From positions 60,870 through 80,869 of the forward strand of contig KZ538350.1 of the NCBI GenBank assembly GCA_000934665.2: a stretch of DNA of 20,000 bases, written 5' to 3'. The notes under the pieces are model-generated. The model saw nothing but the letters and a program-made list of their open reading frames with translations. It was not told the origin of the DNA and did no database searches. Position 1 is the first letter of the stretch; each line of letters starts with the position of its first letter. Position numbers and translations under genes: made by a program. This document shows, one piece after another, positions 10,567 to 20,000 of this stretch. Source of the stretch: Catajapyx aquilonaris (taxonomy: Eukaryota).

Positions 10567-12020
10567 CCCTTCTCACGCTCGCTGGAGATTTGCTCCAGGG
10601 TTTTGTGGCTGGCCTCCAGGCGAGGGATCAAGGCGGCGGCACCCGCTTCCTGCCAGTTTAAGAGCTCCCTTAGCCTGGACAAGATCTATCCAAACAGTTC
10701 GTTGGACATCACTAAAACGCCAGAAGTGAGTTCTGTACTTTTAAATGAAGCTGCAGCAAGTTAATTGTTTCCATGGGTTTTCAGCCGCCGAAAAGCACCG
10801 GGGACAACTTCACAGGATACATACCGATTGGTGAGATTCCGGCATAACAAGGGGGTTGGTTGCCTCCTGCTGAAGGTTGGCAGAATTCGAGTGAGGCGAC
10901 AACAGTCACGTTAATCAAACAAACCGCAATGCATATCTGCAGGGAGACAACTGTCTGTTCTTGCACCTAGAAACGTTATCATTTGGCACCACAGACACTA
11001 AAGTGGGCTCTACACAGTTGGTCCGACTTTGACCAAATTCGACCATCAAACCTTCTGTGTAAATAGCAATCCATGTCGGATCCGACATCAGCCAGGGAGG
11101 CCAGCTCAAGTCACCTAGGCAGGTCGGAGACGGGAGAGTGGGCATGGCAAGACATCAGATTGACTGTCCGACTCATTCCGGCTCTCTGATTGGCTAGTTG
11201 GGTCTTCTAGTCGAACTCGATGCCCCCCCCCCCCCCCNNCCCCCCCCCACACACACACACACACACACACACAAAACCTTCACCTCCACCTTTTTTATTA
11301 GTAAACAAACTTGTCCCCCCACATTCGAACGTTGAACGACTGACATCTGCCTGAAGAGGGTGTCCGATGCCTCAGAATCGGATTGACTGTGTAGAGCCCA
11401 CTTAATAGGTACCAAAGCAGGCTGTTATACTAGCAAAAACTGATTACAAGTGCCTATTTCTCTTTCCTGATTGCTGCAGACCAGCTGACAATAAGCTACA
11501 GCCGCAGCAGTGGTCCGGGTGGTCAGAACGTGAACAAAGTCAACACCAAAGTTGAAGTGCGCTTCCATGTTGAGTCTGCAACATGGCTGCCAGAAGAAAT
11601 CAAGCAAAAAGTCTTGGAAAAGGTACTATGCAATGATCCCTGGAGCTTTTGCTGTGTAACTAACTGCCTGTATTTTGCAGGTGAGGAACATCACCAAAGA
11701 TGGCTACTACGTCATTCAGTCAGACAGAACCCGCTTCCAGCAGCTGAACCTGGCTGATGCAATGGAAAAAATCAGGGAAGCCATTAGAGGAGCCTGCTAT
11801 ACCCCACCTCCACCTTCGGAAGAGAGTCTGGAAAGGACAAGGCGCCGGTAATGTTCCACTTGGCTCTGAGCGAGTTCATTCCCCCTCTAGTTCTCTCTCA
11901 TTACAATGTAACTTGGTTTCCAGGCATGAGAGGGCAGTGAGAGAGCGGCTGAGAGAGAAGCGGATGCATTCATCAACCAAAGCTGGACGACAGGCACCAA
12001 CTATCGAAGGCTTCTCATAA
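10558..12020 (+). CDS. MRPL58: Peptidyl-tRNA hydrolase ICT1 / mitoribosomal protein mL62, 5 exons, ~206 aa
   Basis: Exons 10558-10725, 10785-10830, 11480-11622, 11681-11847, 11924-12020 (621 nt). Arg/Ser-rich presequence, [20 protein letters not shown], catalytic [18 protein letters not shown] and basic tail [11 protein letters not shown]. Confidence 0.96.
11002..11402. mobile_element. PIF/Harbinger (Tourist-like) MITE in ICT1 intron 2
   Basis: 31-bp TIR with the first 17 bp perfect (AGTGGGCTCTACACAGT), 26/31 overall. TAA TSD at 10999-11001 and 11403-11405. Repeated internal TCCGAC/GTCGGA motifs. Confidence 0.88.
11223..11273. repeat. Poly-C tract (containing NN) followed by a (CA)n microsatellite
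   Basis: Directly visible inside the MITE; the two Ns indicate a sequencing or assembly uncertainty. Confidence 0.95.
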
Positions 12021-12711
12021 TGATGACTTCAATAAGCTCTTGTATGCGTATTGAAGTAATAGATCCCAAGTTATACTGCTTTCAACTTGTGATTTATTGA
12101 TGATCTGGAAAGGGCTCTGATGAAAATTGCAGAAAAGCTGGATGTAATCACAACACTGCAGCTGCATTGTATTTTTCCACCAGCACAAATACAGCTGTAA
12201 CAACGTTTTCTCTTGTAAGAGTGAAAATATTGGAGTTGAACAAACAATGCAGATCAACAGGTAACTATACAGAACTGTACAAAAAAAATCTCAAAGATGT
12301 GAATTGGTTCAAGTGGGGTTGCATGGTGGCACCAAAACTGCAATATTTTACGGGGGCAAGCAGAGGCCTTGAGGAATCAGCTAAGTGTGTCTGCAGTTCA
12401 AAAAATTGTCTACATTCAACTTGCAAATATCACTACGTCGCCTTCCATACACCATGTGACCGTGACTTGAAAGGCCAAGAGAATCAAGAGTTCTAAAATT
12501 TTGCACTGAAACTTGGCACAAGTCAAGTCTGAAGCAATGCTCCATCATTGACCTGAGGTGTAAACACAATAATAACACCTAAGTACGTACTAGATCACAA
12601 ACAGGGCTCAAACATGATCTTAAGACACAGAGTCAAAATAAATAGGGACCTGTGCTACATTCACTCACATGCAATAAACACACGCTCGCTGCACGCATAC
12701 CACAGGCATTA

Positions 12712-18625
<5,914 letters not shown>

Positions 18626-19431
18626 ATGATGGCGGCGTCCATGAGGAAGGCATCGTGCCTGCTGGCCGTCAGATATCGAGCATGTACCGGCCGTACATCC
18701 AAAGGCGAGTGGCATGCACAATGAAAGGTCTGGGTGTAAGTCACACGATGCATTTTGGTGTTTCAGGCGAGTGTAGGTGGTTGCACAAATTGAGGGATGC
18801 GGCAGGTGAGAGCCTAGATGTAGGCCAGAAGTGGGACCTGGTGGGTGCTGTCTGCCTGGAGAGGAAGCCGGTTCTCTCGCGCGAGATGACTCCCATGCAG
18901 AAGCAGTATGCAAAGTTGTTGGCGCAGCTGGAGTTTGAGCAGAGCATGAAGGCGGATCATGAGATACGGCACCAAGAAGACCTGTAATCAATCACACTAA
19001 TTTTTGAAATCATTGCCACATGTAATAATTGATTGAAAATTTAGGTTAAGAGCTGAGCGACTCAAGCAAGATGTAGTGAGAGATGTTGATCTGGATAAAG
19101 CATCGCAACAAACTGCGCAGGAGTTTGAAGATGCGTCTCAAGAGGAGCTTCAACGATATACACCTGCACCCCGCACAACAGGTTTCTAACACATTTGATT
19201 CTTGATTGATTTTTTAAAAGCTCGGGAGAGGGAAAATATAAACTGTTGGCCTGCACAACTTGCGATCTCTAGCACAAAACACTTCCAGAGGCAGATCGCA
19301 CCAAGGACGTGCGCTCCCTGGAGCGTAGCCTGGACCGCCACCTGCTGCTGTTAGTCAGGCAGAAACTAGGCCCTGATCTGCACTGGATGCTACCCCAGGG
19401 AGTTTGGAATGAGGGAGAAACACTACGACAG
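18626..19431 (+). CDS. MRPL46: Mitochondrial ribosomal protein mL46, exons 1-4 (partial; continues past the window)
   Basis: Exons 18626-18704 (GC donor inferred), 18767-18983, 19045-19181, 19289-19431. Motifs KWDLVGAVCLERKPV, EFEQSMKADHEIR, PAPRTTEADRTKDVRSLERSLDRHLLLLV, WMLPQG....GETLRQ. Confidence 0.92.
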
Positions 19432-19498
19432 GTATCAATCTCCCGGTCCTCTCAGTTGCCTGATTTAGCATATTTACGTCAACTGATAACAATATTAA

Positions 19499-20000
19499 GA
19501 GCGCGCTCTAGGCTACGCTATTCATTGTTGCGGGTAGCCCGTCGCGGGCCGGCCCGTGAGTTTGACACTTCTTCTTCTCGCTGTCACGGCCGCAAATATG
19601 GAGGTATCGGCATGAAACTGGAGTATATGGACGCGAAAGGGTTGCACTTTGAGATGGTGCGCTTATTTTTCTCCTGGGGCGATATTTGCGGCCGCCGCGG
19701 CCAGGTACATTTTTTTATTTTGATCCGCAATTACTCCTTTCCATGTCGGTATCTGTGAAATTCGAGAGCGTCAGCTTGTTTCTACGCCGAATTACCGTAA
19801 GTGTGTGAAAGGGCACGAGTGTGGGACTCTTGGTTTGGCCAAACTTTGGGATTGAAAATACCCCCCTCCATGAACAATAACAACTCGCACGAAGAAACGG
19901 ACGATCTGGCAGCGCCGCGCTGACTGCCAGTTCGGTAACCACGGCGACGGCCGGATAAAGTAGAGCGCTAATAATTATTAAAACGATGTAAACAAGTCAA
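19499..20000. mobile_element. Probable DNA transposon fragment in MRPL46 intron 4 (TTAA|GAG start)
   Basis: Abrupt switch to CpG-rich sequence right after TTAA (19495-19498). Internal 13-bp inverted repeat CGGCCGCAAATAT (19587-19599 / 19682-19694). No convincing right terminus in the window. Confidence 0.5.

Noticed and set aside
12018..12026. Triple stop TAA TGA TGA after ICT1 (and TGA TAA after Drp1)
   Set aside because: Tandem stops are common in AT-rich UTRs; no evidence of recoding.
19432..19758. ORF extension past MRPL46 exon 4
   Set aside because: Homology stops at the CAG|GTATCA donor; the remainder is read-through into intron and repeat sequence.

Overview
Compact, intron-rich eukaryotic genomic DNA, probably from an arthropod or related invertebrate (many 53-80 nt introns, TTAGG repeats, arthropod-like protein sequences). 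Six protein-coding genes were reconstructed by hand from splice sites and reading-frame phase. They are exon 1 of a NHERF/Sip1-like PDZ scaffold (-), complete RUNDC1 (-), a secreted perlucin-like C-type lectin (+), complete ICT1/MRPL58 (+), complete Drp1/DNM1L (-) and the first four exons of MRPL46 (+). Introns and intergenic DNA hold several non-autonomous DNA transposons with readable TIRs and TSDs: two copies of an 8-bp-TSD family, an ATTT-TSD Sola1-like element, TAA/TTA-TSD Harbinger-like elements, and a probable TTAA-inserted element at the right edge. The most interesting signals are a Rel/kB-GATA-TATA immune-type promoter on a lectin with a non-canonical LPD motif, a probable GC-AG intron in MRPL46 bounded by a 9-bp direct repeat, an Mx-like TRCPL switch I and a 26-aa cassette exon in Drp1, and a tight mitochondrial gene trio with a likely bidirectional promoter and possibly overlapping 3' UTRs. 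No wholly new multi-gene system is demonstrable from the sequence alone.
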